Virus record (IMG/VR): IMGVR_UViG_3300021440_000014
Location: 1-64,000 of that record
Reading direction: 5' to 3' (one strand)
Length of the DNA stretch: 64,000 bases
Source: a virus
Part shown: positions 62,599 through 64,000 of the stretch, piece after piece
How positions within the stretch are numbered: position 1 is the stretch's first letter
Layout of the letters: the number at the start of each line of letters is the position of its first letter
Notes under the pieces: generated by a model
Database searches by the model: none
What the model was told of the DNA's origin: nothing
Seen by the model: only the letters and a program-made list of their open reading frames with translations
Position numbers and translations under genes: made by a program

Positions 62599-63999
62599 TT
62601 AAATAGGTTCAAATTTAGCGTAAACTCTTGTAGGCATAGTTGGGAAATAATTACCTTCAAACATATTATCTGCGTCAAATAGATTCCATATTCCATACGT
62701 AGAACCATCCGATATAATGGTATCATTTGTATCATAATGATCTGTATTAGCGAAAACAGTTTTAGAACTAATAGATCCAGTGTCCATATAAGAAACTGAA
62801 CATGTTTTAATAGACGATACTGGAAGTCTACCGGCTATATTACCTTTATCCCCCTGAACACTTGGATCGTATCCTGTGCCCTGATTACAAGAAAGAATAC
62901 TTATGTAATTAGAGCTAGAAAACGGTCTATTAAAAATGATTTGATGATGGAAACTATTTATTTCTAATTCATTTAATGAAGCGGTATTACTATGTTTCTT
63001 GCCCCTAACTGGAACAATTCCGCTAATATTATTTAACCATCCAGATTTATAATGCACTAAAATGTAAGGAACCCAACCACTTGAAGTTCCCGCTACACTA
63101 GGTCTTGGCATTGGAAGTCCAGTTGGGTTTAAATAAAGTAATTTACGATTACTAAGGTTATCGTTTATAGAATTAACAGTAAAAAATCCATTGTAAGATT
63201 TATCCAAACGATTTTGTTGAGTATTTGTTGCTGCGGCCGAATCTAAAATACCAGACACGTAAACAATGTCTCCAGCCTCAAAAACAGAAGTATCCCATTT
63301 CACAGACCTACTATCAATAGGATCTTTGAGGATAAAAACAATTTTATTTACTCCCACACCTGAATCCATGTATATTCCATCTGTAACCCCTACTTTAACC
63401 TGCGGATCAAACATGCATTTTTTCTGCGTATCGTCCTGAATGCCATTCGGGAACAAAGCAGTTCCGCTAACATTTAAATTTCCATGAACAACCAAGTGCC
63501 CACTTACAAATCCACTACCCTGAATGTGAGTGGCATTATTTATTCCATAGCCCAAAAATGTTTTGCCACTTACAAATAGTTGATCTCCAACATTAAGCCC
63601 AGATCTTATAAATCCACTTTGATTAGCGAGCAAATGACCGCTAATTACAACATTTCCAGTTACGTCTATACCTCCAGAAACTTCAATTTTTCTGTTAAAA
63701 ACTGTTTTACCAACTAAAGTAATATTATCGTTTTGGCTGTTGCCTAAATATGTATCGCCGCTGACTCTTAAGTCGCCAACAACTCCCAAGTTAGAACCGA
63801 CGTTTACGGTACTTTGAAATAAAGCAGGGGCACTAAATGTTGAAGCGGCGTTTACCGTAAGAGTATTCGTTGAGGATTGCCCTAAAACAGTATCTCCGCT
63901 TGCCCCAAGTATTTTTTGGGAAGCTATGTTACCAGCAATATATAAATTGTCATTTCCGGTTATTAATCCTAAAGATTTAATCCCACTATTAAAAATACC
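62599..63999 (-). CDS. Tail/head fibre-like protein with beta-helix repeats, 5'-truncated by the window edge
   Basis: The frame is open from the right edge through the track's TTG at 63789. Repeated L.VSG.T.LG units. Confidence 0.65.
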   Translation of the reverse strand, partial: GIFNSGIKSLGLITGNDNLYIAGNIASQKILGASGDTVLGQSSTNTLTVNAASTFSAPALFQSTVNVGSNLGVVGDLRVSGDTYLGNSQNDNITLVGKTVFNRKIEVSGGIDVTGNVVISGHLLANQSGFIRSGLNVGDQLFVSGKTFLGYGINNATHIQGSGFVSGHLVVHGNLNVSGTALFPNGIQDDTQKKCMFDPQVKVGVTDGIYMDSGVGVNKIVFILKDPIDSRSVKWDTSVFEAGDIVYVSGILDSAAATNTQQNRLDKSYNGFFTVNSINDNLSNRKLLYLNPTGLPMPRPSVAGTSSGWVPYILVHYKSGWLNNISGIVPVRGKKHSNTASLNELEINSFHHQIIFNRPFSSSNYISILSCNQGTGYDPSVQGDKGNIAGRLPVSSIKTCSVSYMDTGSISSKTVFANTDHYDTNDTIISDGSTYGIWNLFDADNMFEGNYFPTMPTRVYAKFEPI

Positions 64000-64000
64000 A

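Larger units (their letters stand above)
1..64000. mobile_element. Segment of a large lytic-looking siphovirus-type dsDNA phage genome (replication module plus late structural module)
   Basis: Continuous phage gene content: capsid, protease, tail tube, TMP, lambda-like M/L/K/I/J tail tip, primase and DnaE. Tightly packed overlapping ORFs, no host housekeeping genes, no integrase in the window. Confidence 0.95.

Noticed and set aside
1-64000. Stop-codon reassignment
   Set aside because: Long genes are intact under the standard code, coding density is high, and TAA, TAG and TGA all end genes.

Overview
The whole 64 kb window is a gene-dense, AT-rich segment of a large tailed dsDNA phage (siphovirus-type, standard genetic code), with no host genes, tRNAs or CRISPR array visible. 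Left arm (+ strand, 1-10.9 kb): primase, PD-(D/E)XK nuclease, a Pol III alpha split into a stand-alone PHP gene and a PHP-less DnaE, a DnaQ-like exonuclease, dCMP deaminase, a candidate SSB, a candidate annealase and two glycosyltransferase genes. The rest is the late, structural region, mostly on the - strand: protease/scaffold, decoration protein, major capsid protein, neck proteins, two major tail tube paralogues plus three more tube-like proteins, two paralogous chaperones and a 2985-aa tape measure protein (TMP). A lambda-like M-M'-L-K-I-J tail-tip block sits inverted on the + strand. A GTGTAA motif precedes 12 late genes. Most notable: (1) the TMP carries a kinase-like domain and an HExxH zincin domain as cassettes between five A(A/S)xG(L/I)(I/V)P(NY) linkers; (2) seven consecutive fibre-, lectin- or beta-helix-like genes in the structural region all have Sec-type signal peptides and form a duplicated A-B-C cassette; (3) virion proteins are strongly enriched in [S/T]G while the phage encodes GT4/GT9 enzymes, suggesting virion glycosylation; (4) a 1495-aa basic protein is built from about 60 14-aa repeats. 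All functional calls come from motif recognition by eye and were not checked by any search.
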